Of a stretch of 64,000 nucleotides of DNA, positions 1 through 8,850 are shown piece by piece (position 1 is the first letter of the stretch; each line of letters opens with the position of its first letter). The notes under the pieces were generated by a model. It made no database searches. It was given only the letters and a program-made list of their open reading frames with translations, and was not told the origin of the DNA. Location: positions 656-64,655 of the forward strand of contig JAUQWV010000003.1 in the NCBI GenBank assembly GCA_030834985.1. The letters run 5' to 3'. Source of the DNA: Candidatus Dojkabacteria bacterium. GTDB taxonomy: Bacteria; Patescibacteriota; Dojkabacteria; J137. A program made the translations under genes and the position numbers.

Positions 1-467
1 AAAATTACAGAAGGATTTTAAAAGTTCGAAGCCAGGCAAAGTATAGGCACTTTATGCTTTTAATTGAAAGTATACTTTCAAGCGAAAATATCTCTAAAAA
101 AGAATTCAACCGAAGATTAAGACATATGTTTGACCTCTATCATCACGATGTATTGGCCTTATCCATACTTGCAGACATTAAAAGAAAAGAAAAAGAACTG
201 CATGCACATAGGTTAATAAAGCATACTCCAAAGACTACTAATTTAATTGAAAGCTTTAATTCACAGCTTGAAGCCAGACTGGTTTCTATCCGTAGCTTTC
301 AGAGTTATGAACACGCAAGGTTATGGTTAAATGGGTATGTTTTAAAAAGAAGATTTACAAAATTTACCGACTGTAAAGGTAAATTTAAGAATTTAAATGG
401 AAAAAAACCTGTAGAAATCACATTACGAGAAGATAGGGTTTTAACCCCAATTTTTAAGAAAATATAG
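1..467 (+). CDS. DDE transposase, C-terminal part (IS256/ISL3-like); reading frame open to the 5' window edge, so partial
   Basis: TTNLIESFNSQLEARL and SFQSYEHARLWL match the conserved C-terminal motifs of mutator/ISL3 transposases. The frame stays open upstream to position 1. Confidence 0.6.
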   Translation, partial: NYRRILKVRSQAKYRHFMLLIESILSSENISKKEFNRRLRHMFDLYHHDVLALSILADIKRKEKELHAHRLIKHTPKTTNLIESFNSQLEARLVSIRSFQSYEHARLWLNGYVLKRRFTKFTDCKGKFKNLNGKKPVEITLREDRVLTPIFKKI

Positions 468-3400
468 CGGGCAACTGTCAGAAATGGTACACTGCCAATT
501 ATACTGACCATTTGCATTAGTAATTGCAGCACCTAATTGCCTACCTGACTCTCTTTCAAATACCCTTACAAATATTCCACTTAGCTTAGTTCCTGATTGA
601 CGATCATATACACTCCCTGTCTTATTCCTGCGAATAAAGTAGTACACTACAACTTGAATAATAAAAATAAATAATATTACTAAATTTACCAAATTCGGTG
701 CAATTACAAGTGTAATAATGGAGAATATTAAACCGATAAAGAAAATCAAGGAGTTAATCTTGAATAAATTTTCTTTAAACCATCTTTTTACTTCATAAAA
801 TTTGTTTTCTTTAGAATCTAAAGCTGTCATAGGTATCTCTAAGTTAAACGTATCGCCCTCTAACTTAACCCTCAATTGAAATTCTTTATAGCCATTGACT
901 TTTGCAATTACAAAATATTCCCCAGGAGTTGTAACAATAGAATATTTACCATTTAGATCGCTTATCTCTTCTGTTACAAACTTTCCTGATAATTCAAGTA
1001 ACCTTACAGTAACAAATGGAATCGGTTTATTAGTTAGACCGTCAAATACAAGACCCCACGAAAGTTGTTTCTTTCTTTTTCTAAACCATACAAATGCATA
1101 CAACACAGAATTAGGATAACTTGCTGCCGTAAGTACAGTAGCTGCAGTTGTTGTTGCTACAAGGGCAGCTGGAAGCTGCCCTGATTTTGCAGTTGTTGAG
1201 ATAGCGTCTGTTACAGAATTTACGATATTTAACAACTGCGCTTCAAGAGTATTATTTCCAGCATCCCTATCGGTACCCAATAATTCATCCAGCTCATCAT
1301 CCATTTCACTAACTGGCAGTTTTGATGGGGAGTTTGGATCTGTTGGATCGGTAGGATCAAACTTTTGAGTACTACATACAATTGTTCCAATTCTAAAATA
1401 ACATCCATAAACTTCTTCTCCATCAAGAAGCCCATCATCATCTGTATTAGCGTTATTCGGATCTGTTATAGGAAAGGTAGTATCAGAGCATTCTGTAGTA
1501 TTTTTTATAAATAAACAGCCTTTAACTTCCTCACCATCAAGCAGTCCATCATTATCTGAATCGCTATCATTCGGATCAGTTCCCAAAGTTGCTTCCTCTT
1601 TATCGGTTAAGCCGTCTTTGTCTGAATCGATATCCTCATCTTCTGTATCGCTCTCTTCATTATTATCCTGACTGCTTCCGGTTGGCTGATTTACAATTAT
1701 TGTTAAAGACTTTTCTAAGCTCCCATACGGTCCATTTCCAAATATTGTATAAACCGTTGTTGTAGTTGGAGCAACAATAGTTGAGCCAGAAAAGGTATTA
1801 AGTGTTCCCACTCCTCTATTTATATTTAACGAAGTTAAATTCGAAGCATTCCATGTTAATGTAACAGATTCACCTAAATTAATTGTATATCTATTTGCAG
1901 TAAATGTTATTGCAGGAACAGGATCAGGAATACTTTCAACTACACTAATTATGTTAGAAAAATAAGTTTCCTCTTCGTAAGTTGAGGTAATTACAAAAGA
2001 ACCTAGATTAGAAATCGATGCATTATTTAGTGTTGCTTCTCCATTAACTAAGTTAACAGAATTTATATTCATCCACGATGTTCTATTAGTGGAAGTTGCA
2101 CTATCAATTAAGCTTATTGATAATGTTCCATTATAATCAGTATTTGTAAATCCTAATTCATCTACTACTTTTATAGTCAAAGCAAAATTCTCAAGTGGAT
2201 TCACTTCATTCGGAAGTACATTTATACTTAATGAATAATTATTTTTTGCTTGCTCTTCGTCTTGGTATGCTCCAAATGCAAGTGTATATGAATCAAGAAC
2301 TGGAGTTGAATTATTTACCTGATTCATTTCGATTTTAAACTTTACTTTGTAATCATTCTGATTAACATTTAATATTTCTGCCAATGTGATCGGGTGCCAT
2401 GTGATACCATCGTCAACCGATACCGAGTAATAAACAGCGTTGCTTCCTGCTTGCGCATGTACTGTTGGGAATAACAAATCCTGTAATTTATTAAAGATGG
2501 TGTTACTTGGTTCGATTTGCTCAGCAACAATTATGTTACTAATTCTTTTAATCTCTTTAAGTTCAAAAAAGTTTGCAAATAATCTGTCTTCCGGTGTTGA
2601 ATAAACAACAGCCTGGCCATCATCTTCCCATCCACGGTTAAGATCATATTTTTGGAATCCGTCTACATCGCCATTTACATACAATGTATTGTAGTCTTTA
2701 ACGATTAGATTAGCGCTTCCTCTGTATGCATAATTTGTATCAACCCCTCGGTTGTTGGTTGTAATTTTTAATCTTATATAAGTATCGTCTAGTAAATCAG
2801 TGTAGGTGTCATTAAAGTTCAAATAGTAAGCGTCTCCCAGTTCTCCGCCTAAGAATAATTGATCTCCTACTCCGTTCTGACCTTCAACATACACAATATC
2901 GTATACATTCAAATTTTTTATTTGAGTTGAATCAGCTAATTTTAATACAGTATCATCGGATGCATTGTTTGGAGTTGTATGAGGATCCAAAACAACATAC
3001 AATCCTCCTGTTTGGTTGAACCCTGCCATTCCGACTAAAAGATATCCATTAGGATCTACCAGCATTGAAAATACATTTCCATTATTTTCAAATTGAGCAT
3101 TACTATATTGAGTTAACACATCATCTGAAAAATCTAAAGGAGTATTATTATCATTTAATCGATCCATTCCAAATCCATATCTAGAAATATATAAATGGTT
3201 GCGAGGGGCATCTAAATATAACTCTACTCCACTTCCTAATGGAGCTGAAGTGACATTAGTAAAAGTATCATCAGAAGTATCTGTTAAAGTTCCGTTTAAA
3301 TTTAAATACCGTAGATTTCCATTAATCAGTATATATGCTCCTAACCTTCCTCTTTGGCTATCGGGTAGTATTGCACCAGTTCCACCGGTATTAATTTGTA

Positions 3401-6400
3401 TAGCTGTATTATCTGTCAAATTATATATTTGTATTTTACCTCCATCTGCAACCCATAAGTAAGTCTTTCCATTTAGCTGTACTGCTTCAATACTTCGAAT
3501 TGGAGCACCTAGATTCGCCAATCCCCATGAAGTAGGGTTAAGCGGTGTAACTTGATCAGTAGAAATGTTGTAACTAACTATTTCTCCGGTTCTGGAATAC
3601 CATATTCTATTTGCATTTCCAGGATCCGACTTTATTAAATACATATTATAAGCAGTATTTACATACTTTGTTGGATAATTGGTAGTATCAATTGATGTTC
3701 TAGTAGTTGTAATCGTTTCTCTTAATCTCAATTTTCCATTACCCCATATTAGGTTAGATTCAGATAACACATGATTAGTATGATCTTCAAAGTCTTCAGT
3801 CTCTGTAATTAATTCAGGATCTACGTTTACGGGGGATATAATGTTAAATTCATCACTTTCTGTCGATGTGTGTCCTGCATCGTCATCGCATTCGACTTCT
3901 ATTGTATGAGCCCCATTACTGATCTCTGGTAAATCAAAAGAGTACTTTTCTACTGAATTACCAAAACCTCCATCAAGCGGAGTTATATTCTCCCAAGAAC
4001 CTCCATCTAAGCTGTACCTTAAACTGGTAATTACTGAGTTAGTATCATAAAGGCTATTATCCGCACAACTTCCTGTAATACTTGGAGTAGAATCCATAAT
4101 AGGATCAGGCCTTACAGGTTCAAGAAACAATGTTGGAGGCGTGTTATCTTCAGCTTCTAAGGTAAAGAAGTCGCTGCCTACGTAAGTTGCACCGTTACCG
4201 GCAATATCGATTGGATTTAGCCTTACAAAAATAATTCCATCCGGCAAATCTATTGGGATTGTAAATGTAATAACTTCATGCGTATCACCTAATGAACCAT
4301 CTTGTGCCACGGTTTCAGGAAGCATATCATTGTAGAGTACATCATACAAATTATCTCTTGTTACTATTAGTTGTAGTTCAGCAATACCGCTGTCATCCTG
4401 ACACTCAATATTGCTGTAAGTAACCTGGTTTGAATAGACAACTGATTCCTGACTTACCAGGTTACAGAAAGGTCTTTCGTAATCATCAATATAACCGACA
4501 TAATTAAAAGTAAAGGATTCGGTTGTAGATTTACCGGATTCATCATATGCAGTAAATGAAACAATATTACTACCTAATTCTAATTCTTCAATATAAAGCC
4601 AAAAGTATTTATAATCATGATCACCTTCTATCTCTAACATTTCGGGATCACCATCGTTAATCTGATATTCTGCATAATCTACAGCTACATCATCAATAAT
4701 ATAACCTTCAAATTCAATGCTGTTCGATTCAATAGTACCAGGAGCCAATATAAATTCAAATTCTGGAGGATCGATATCTTCAGACGGGCCTCCTCCCTCT
4801 GGCACATAAGTATAGCTATTAGGAGACAATGCAGGTCCATCAGCTCTTACCGCTACTGCAACAGCTGTATAGTTTTTAACATCTTCATTTGAGTACCATT
4901 CTAACGTTGAACTGTAATCAAAAGCCGCATTAAACGCGTATCCCGACCCGTTCCAAGACTGAATATATTCTCCATATGTTGGAGTTAACACAACATTCGA
5001 ATCTGTATAAACAGCACCTATAACAAGGTCCTTACTTTTTGCATTTGTATCTACAGAAAAGTTGGATGTATTAGCATCTCCCGAAGATGCACATCCATAA
5101 TCAGTAAACCTAAAACCTTGGTTAGCATTTGATAACGCAACTGCTGTTAAAGTTAAGTCACGGATATTTGATTTATTACCTGAAAAGTTAAAGCCCAATT
5201 CTAAAGTTCTTTCTACACCAAGATTATGACTGTAGTACCATACTTCTGTAACCATGGAATATGGTTCTGGAATATTTTCTAATATTGGAAAACATTTAGG
5301 ATATCCTCTAGATGAATATGGCATAAGTTGCGCGAAGCTTTCTTCTTCTTCATCAGTATCTATAGAAGATAAACGATTTCCCGCACCACCATAAGCCTTA
5401 TACGAAGCAAATAACAGAACTACATCAGTATCTTCTTCCACACCAATAGCTAGCTCAGCCTCAGTAGCATCATCAAATTTACCGACTGCACCATTAGTTA
5501 CTGTTGGACTTACAGCTTCTGAATACTCTTCAAAATCTTCCGTAAATACTTTTATTTCATAATCTACAGGATCACTTAAGTAATAATCTGTGTATACTTG
5601 TATGTCGTAAGTTCCCTCTTCAGGATCTTCCAATACAACAGATTTATAGAAAGTACTCAAATTATTATCGGATGCAACTAACATATAATCCCAATTACCA
5701 GCCTCAAGCATTAAATCATTAACATCAGCATCCTGAGTAATTAGACTTACTATTAATCTCTTTGCATTCCCGTCATAATAGAATGAATGCCCGTTAAAAT
5801 CTGAATCTAGAGTATCTGTAACTGTATAAATGTCTGTTGAACTAGAACCTTCTTCAAGCTCATAATAAACTAAAACTTTGTATCCTCCACCAGAAGCTGA
5901 ATATAGATCAAAAATCCAATCCTGATACATAACACCCATAGAGCTGTTTACTTCCATATATTTTCCATCCTCAGGGTAGTAAGTCATGTCGCAAAAGTAT
6001 TTTCCACACAAACCTCCAAGTTCTACATCAGAGTCACCTAAAACACTTACTATTACATTCTTAACATTTTGGGGCGTAGAAAAACTAAATTCCTTAAAAT
6101 TATCATAATCAAATTGTCCCACTTCAGATAAAACTGTATTTGGAGGATCTTCATAATAAGAACTTGAAATATAGTCTACTGAAACCGAAAAATCCCCTCC
6201 AATATCAGAACCACCATATGGATAATATACGTCAAAATACCAAGTTCCTTCATAAGGATAGTCTATTGTGAACTCTTCGTAATTTGTATCTCTTTCTTCA
6301 GAATAATAACTAAAGGACATCTCAGAATGAGTTATATCGAATAAATCGAAATCTGTTCCTTCTTCACCCTGCATTGTTATAGTTACAGACTCTACATTCG

Positions 6401-6590
6401 CTGGTAGGTTAAATGAAAATGGAGTACTTTCATCTTGAAAAGATAAGCTTCCCACCGCAGTAAGAGCGTTGTCAGCCTTTACAGGATTGCATACTGATGC
6501 AATAAAAGGGATAGACACTATAATCAGGAAAATATGAAAAACTCCAAGACCTACAATTAGAAGTCTTTTGTTATTATTTTTCATAGACAA
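441..6590 (-). CDS. Giant secreted surface protein (2049 aa). It has PPC-like and Ig-like domains, thrombospondin type-3-like Ca-binding repeats (DxDxDGLxDxEE), and a C-terminal module of TM helices alternating with CarboxypepD_reg-like domains.
   Basis: Long ORF with an N-terminal signal anchor, DSDKDGLTDKEE/DSDNDGLLDGEEV repeats, and a hydrophobic C-terminal region of TM, beta-sandwich, 2TM, beta-sandwich. The 3' end overlaps the transposase ORF. Confidence 0.8.
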   Translation of the reverse strand: MSMKNNNKRLLIVGLGVFHIFLIIVSIPFIASVCNPVKADNALTAVGSLSFQDESTPFSFNLPANVESVTITMQGEEGTDFDLFDITHSEMSFSYYSEERDTNYEEFTIDYPYEGTWYFDVYYPYGGSDIGGDFSVSVDYISSSYYEDPPNTVLSEVGQFDYDNFKEFSFSTPQNVKNVIVSVLGDSDVELGGLCGKYFCDMTYYPEDGKYMEVNSSMGVMYQDWIFDLYSASGGGYKVLVYYELEEGSSSTDIYTVTDTLDSDFNGHSFYYDGNAKRLIVSLITQDADVNDLMLEAGNWDYMLVASDNNLSTFYKSVVLEDPEEGTYDIQVYTDYYLSDPVDYEIKVFTEDFEEYSEAVSPTVTNGAVGKFDDATEAELAIGVEEDTDVVLLFASYKAYGGAGNRLSSIDTDEEEESFAQLMPYSSRGYPKCFPILENIPEPYSMVTEVWYYSHNLGVERTLELGFNFSGNKSNIRDLTLTAVALSNANQGFRFTDYGCASSGDANTSNFSVDTNAKSKDLVIGAVYTDSNVVLTPTYGEYIQSWNGSGYAFNAAFDYSSTLEWYSNEDVKNYTAVAVAVRADGPALSPNSYTYVPEGGGPSEDIDPPEFEFILAPGTIESNSIEFEGYIIDDVAVDYAEYQINDGDPEMLEIEGDHDYKYFWLYIEELELGSNIVSFTAYDESGKSTTESFTFNYVGYIDDYERPFCNLVSQESVVYSNQVTYSNIECQDDSGIAELQLIVTRDNLYDVLYNDMLPETVAQDGSLGDTHEVITFTIPIDLPDGIIFVRLNPIDIAGNGATYVGSDFFTLEAEDNTPPTLFLEPVRPDPIMDSTPSITGSCADNSLYDTNSVITSLRYSLDGGSWENITPLDGGFGNSVEKYSFDLPEISNGAHTIEVECDDDAGHTSTESDEFNIISPVNVDPELITETEDFEDHTNHVLSESNLIWGNGKLRLRETITTTRTSIDTTNYPTKYVNTAYNMYLIKSDPGNANRIWYSRTGEIVSYNISTDQVTPLNPTSWGLANLGAPIRSIEAVQLNGKTYLWVADGGKIQIYNLTDNTAIQINTGGTGAILPDSQRGRLGAYILINGNLRYLNLNGTLTDTSDDTFTNVTSAPLGSGVELYLDAPRNHLYISRYGFGMDRLNDNNTPLDFSDDVLTQYSNAQFENNGNVFSMLVDPNGYLLVGMAGFNQTGGLYVVLDPHTTPNNASDDTVLKLADSTQIKNLNVYDIVYVEGQNGVGDQLFLGGELGDAYYLNFNDTYTDLLDDTYIRLKITTNNRGVDTNYAYRGSANLIVKDYNTLYVNGDVDGFQKYDLNRGWEDDGQAVVYSTPEDRLFANFFELKEIKRISNIIVAEQIEPSNTIFNKLQDLLFPTVHAQAGSNAVYYSVSVDDGITWHPITLAEILNVNQNDYKVKFKIEMNQVNNSTPVLDSYTLAFGAYQDEEQAKNNYSLSINVLPNEVNPLENFALTIKVVDELGFTNTDYNGTLSISLIDSATSTNRTSWMNINSVNLVNGEATLNNASISNLGSFVITSTYEEETYFSNIISVVESIPDPVPAITFTANRYTINLGESVTLTWNASNLTSLNINRGVGTLNTFSGSTIVAPTTTTVYTIFGNGPYGSLEKSLTIIVNQPTGSSQDNNEESDTEDEDIDSDKDGLTDKEEATLGTDPNDSDSDNDGLLDGEEVKGCLFIKNTTECSDTTFPITDPNNANTDDDGLLDGEEVYGCYFRIGTIVCSTQKFDPTDPTDPNSPSKLPVSEMDDELDELLGTDRDAGNNTLEAQLLNIVNSVTDAISTTAKSGQLPAALVATTTAATVLTAASYPNSVLYAFVWFRKRKKQLSWGLVFDGLTNKPIPFVTVRLLELSGKFVTEEISDLNGKYSIVTTPGEYFVIAKVNGYKEFQLRVKLEGDTFNLEIPMTALDSKENKFYEVKRWFKENLFKINSLIFFIGLIFSIITLVIAPNLVNLVILFIFIIQVVVYYFIRRNKTGSVYDRQSGTKLSGIFVRVFERESGRQLGAAITNANGQYNWQCTISDSCPLYFLKNWG

Positions 6591-6780
6591 AAAAGGAAAG
6601 ATATCTATAAATGCACTATATACTTGAAATTGGAAGATTGCAATGTTTTTATAAAAAATTCTATCCGCTATAACCTAAAACTGGAAATAGTTATAGGATT
6701 TGCAGGCGAAAGTGTTGACCTGGATTTGAACGTGATATATTCTTACTTATAATGGTAATTTAAATTTTTAATCTCTAAGT

Positions 6781-6948
6781 ATGAAGAAAGGTAAAATTAT
6801 CTTCAAAGGTAGCTTCTGGGACTACTTTATTAAGTTTCTCGGTTTATCAGTGTTAACCGTTATTACTTTAGGATTGTTGCTTCCTTACCTTGTCTATTGG
6901 CAGGTTAAATATTTCGTAGATAATCTAGAGCTTGAGATATACGGCTAA
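6781..6948 (+). CDS. 55-aa membrane peptide resembling a single DUF898/YjgN repeat unit
   Basis: Translation is MKKGKIIFKGSFWDYFIKFLGLSVLTVITLGLLLPYLVYWQVKYFVDNLELEIYG. The F-x-GS-x-W-x-YF ... TLG-x-x-x-P-x-x-x-x-W motif is typical of DUF898. It is below the ORF-track length cutoff. Confidence 0.35.
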   Translation: MKKGKIIFKGSFWDYFIKFLGLSVLTVITLGLLLPYLVYWQVKYFVDNLELEIYG

Positions 6949-6991
6949 TTGTATTGTTTTAAAAGAAAGAAATGGTACACTGCCTAAATAA

Positions 6992-7067
6992 TGGGGTAGC
7001 TGGAGGGACTTGAACCCTCGACACCCGCTTCCACAGAGCGGTGCTCTACCACTGAGCTACAGCCACC
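6992..7067 (-). tRNA. tRNA-His (anticodon GTG) with an encoded G-1 and no encoded CCA after discriminator C73
   Basis: Reverse complement folds as a cloverleaf. The acceptor is GTGGCTG/CAGCTAC, the D-arm is GCTCAGTGGTAGAGC, the anticodon loop is CTGTGGA, and the T-loop is GGTTCAAGTCC. Confidence 0.85.
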
Positions 7068-7106
7068 ATACATGACGCGACTATTATACCATCTGAATAA
7101 TGTTTA

Positions 7107-7916
7107 CTAAAGCCTGCAGGAGTTAAAATCGCCAGTAGTATAACCTTTATTAAATGACTCTACTCTTTGAGCTGATGAACCGTGAGTCCAAGTTTCAGGA
7201 TTAATCTGACCTTCTACTTTTTGCTGTATTCTATCGTCGCCGACTGCTGAGGCGGCGTCTATGGCTTCTTGAATTTCGTTGGGCTCTAAGATATTTAAAT
7301 CACTGATATAGTTGCCCCAAAGGCCTGCATAGCAGTCGGCTTGAAGCTCTATTTTGATTGAATCTTCATTTGTTTGCCTGCCCTCTAGATCTCCTAGTAT
7401 ATTTTGAATATGATGCCCTACTTCGTGAGAAATAACATAGGCTTGAGCTACATCTTCATTTGAACCGCCTAAATAGGTTTTTAATTCATCAAAGAAGGTC
7501 TCGTCTAAATAAATAGTCCGATCAAAAGGACAATAGTGAGGGCCAACATCTGATGTTGCTATCCCGCAACCGGATTGTGTAGCATTCCTAAAAAGTACTA
7601 GCTTAGGAGTGGTGTATGCTCTATTCTGCTGCTGAAAGATCTGATTCCACATATCGTTGTTAGAACCTAAAACTGTAGAAGCAAATCTTTCGTAGCTATC
7701 CTCTCCTTCAAATTCTTGAGTATTTTGTTGTGTAAGACCCTGATCTTCGACTATAGAAAATATATTATTCGCTACATCACCTAAATCTCCACCTGCTAAA
7801 AGAGTTATCCCAGCTATTAACGCTATACCTACAACTCCTATGCCACCGGCAACTGTAGACATTCCTCGTCTATCTTCAACGTCACCTCTACTGCCAATTC
7901 TTTCCCAAACAGCCAT
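7107..7916 (-). CDS. Putative neutral zinc metallopeptidase (YpfJ family), membrane-anchored
   Basis: HEVGHH zinc-binding motif, conserved GCGxATSxxGPxYCPxDxxIYLD block, N-terminal TM segment. Confidence 0.75.
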   Translation of the reverse strand: MAVWERIGSRGDVEDRRGMSTVAGGIGVVGIALIAGITLLAGGDLGDVANNIFSIVEDQGLTQQNTQEFEGEDSYERFASTVLGSNNDMWNQIFQQQNRAYTTPKLVLFRNATQSGCGIATSDVGPHYCPFDRTIYLDETFFDELKTYLGGSNEDVAQAYVISHEVGHHIQNILGDLEGRQTNEDSIKIELQADCYAGLWGNYISDLNILEPNEIQEAIDAASAVGDDRIQQKVEGQINPETWTHGSSAQRVESFNKGYTTGDFNSCRL

Positions 7917-7974
7917 ATAAAATTAATAATATTTGTATTGTAAAGTTTAATGTATACAGTGAGAGATAGTAAAG

Positions 7975-8001
7975 GGTCGCCCCGACTTGTTAAGTCGGGG
8001 C
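7975..8001 (-). terminator. GC-rich hairpin (ccccgactt gtt aagtcgggg) downstream of the 261-aa gene
   Basis: Perfect 9-10 bp inverted repeat immediately 3' of the stop on the minus strand. Confidence 0.45.
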
Positions 8002-8775
8002 TCCAACTGGAGATTGCGGGCGCAAAAGTACAATGTACCGCGCCCATATATACCAACTATCACGAGTATCCGGTGTATAAGGGCCCCACCCGCAGAATGC
8101 CATGATGACATACTGATCGGGAGAATCCATAGCATCCTGCCACACTTCGGCGTTTTCAAGGTCAAAAGCTTGCGCCAGACCTAGAATGTTCCGTGTGTTT
8201 GTTGAGTAAGCAGGAACGCCACTTGGATCGATGTAAGCGATCGCTGCTACATCGAACCGTAAGTCTACTGCCGGATTGCTCTGGCTGCCTTCTTCGCGGA
8301 TTCGCATGGTGTGATTCTGGCTTACGAACTCTGCAGTATTCTCGCGAATCCGCTCGTAGTTCGCGTCCAATTCCTCATTGGACATTGCTCTTTCCGGCCA
8401 AAGACCGGATTCAAATTCATGACGGAACTCCTCCCCTTCGAGAGGTGCACCACCGAATATACCAGAGTGTACAATCAAAAATGGGTTGCCCCAATCTTCT
8501 ATTGTCACAACTCCGGTATGCTGTCCTGGTTGAAAACGCCGATCACGAATATCCTCTAAGCTTACCTCACCCCCGTATATTACAGGAGTGAAGGTATGCC
8601 CCCAAAGCCGCGCACCGCTTGCGTTGTACACGCTGAATGTGATCGGCATTTCCCACCCATAACCCAGATCATTTTTTTGTTCTGGATCAGGAGTGGCTTC
8701 AGGCTCTTGAGCGCTAACCGTTAAGCTAGCAAGGGTTAAGAGGATTACAAACAGCAGAACTGCTATCGCTTTCAT
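7990..8775 (-). CDS. Secreted hypothetical protein (261 aa) in GC-elevated island 1
   Basis: Signal peptide MKAIAVLLFVILLTLASLTVSAQE. RBS-like gaaagg lies upstream. Composition is distinct from flanking genes. Confidence 0.7.
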   Translation of the reverse strand: MKAIAVLLFVILLTLASLTVSAQEPEATPDPEQKNDLGYGWEMPITFSVYNASGARLWGHTFTPVIYGGEVSLEDIRDRRFQPGQHTGVVTIEDWGNPFLIVHSGIFGGAPLEGEEFRHEFESGLWPERAMSNEELDANYERIRENTAEFVSQNHTMRIREEGSQSNPAVDLRFDVAAIAYIDPSGVPAYSTNTRNILGLAQAFDLENAEVWQDAMDSPDQYVIMAFCGWGPYTPDTRDSWYIWARYIVLLRPQSPVGAPT

Positions 8776-8805
8776 TTCAAACCTTTCGGTCTAGTCCAGA
8801 AATAC

Positions 8806-8832
8806 TTCGCCCCCCAGTTACGGGGGGCGAGT
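8806..8832 (-). terminator. GC hairpin (cgcccccc agttac ggggggcg) downstream of the 685-aa gene
   Basis: 8-bp G/C stem about 20 nt after the stop of the upstream minus-strand gene. Confidence 0.45.
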
Positions 8833-8850
8833 TAACTGGACGATTATAGG

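Noticed and set aside
3199-3462. 87-aa plus-strand ORF, and other short ORFs (895-1119, 1229-1441) inside the 2049-aa gene
   Set aside because: They are embedded in or antisense to the continuous 6.1-kb ORF and have no independent signals.
8193-8591. Plus-strand ORFs (7987-8184, 8193-8591, 8311-8559) and minus 7838-8056/7947-8165 in GC island 1
   Set aside because: High-GC DNA produces long stop-free frames by chance. They overlap the better-supported 261-aa signal-peptide ORF.
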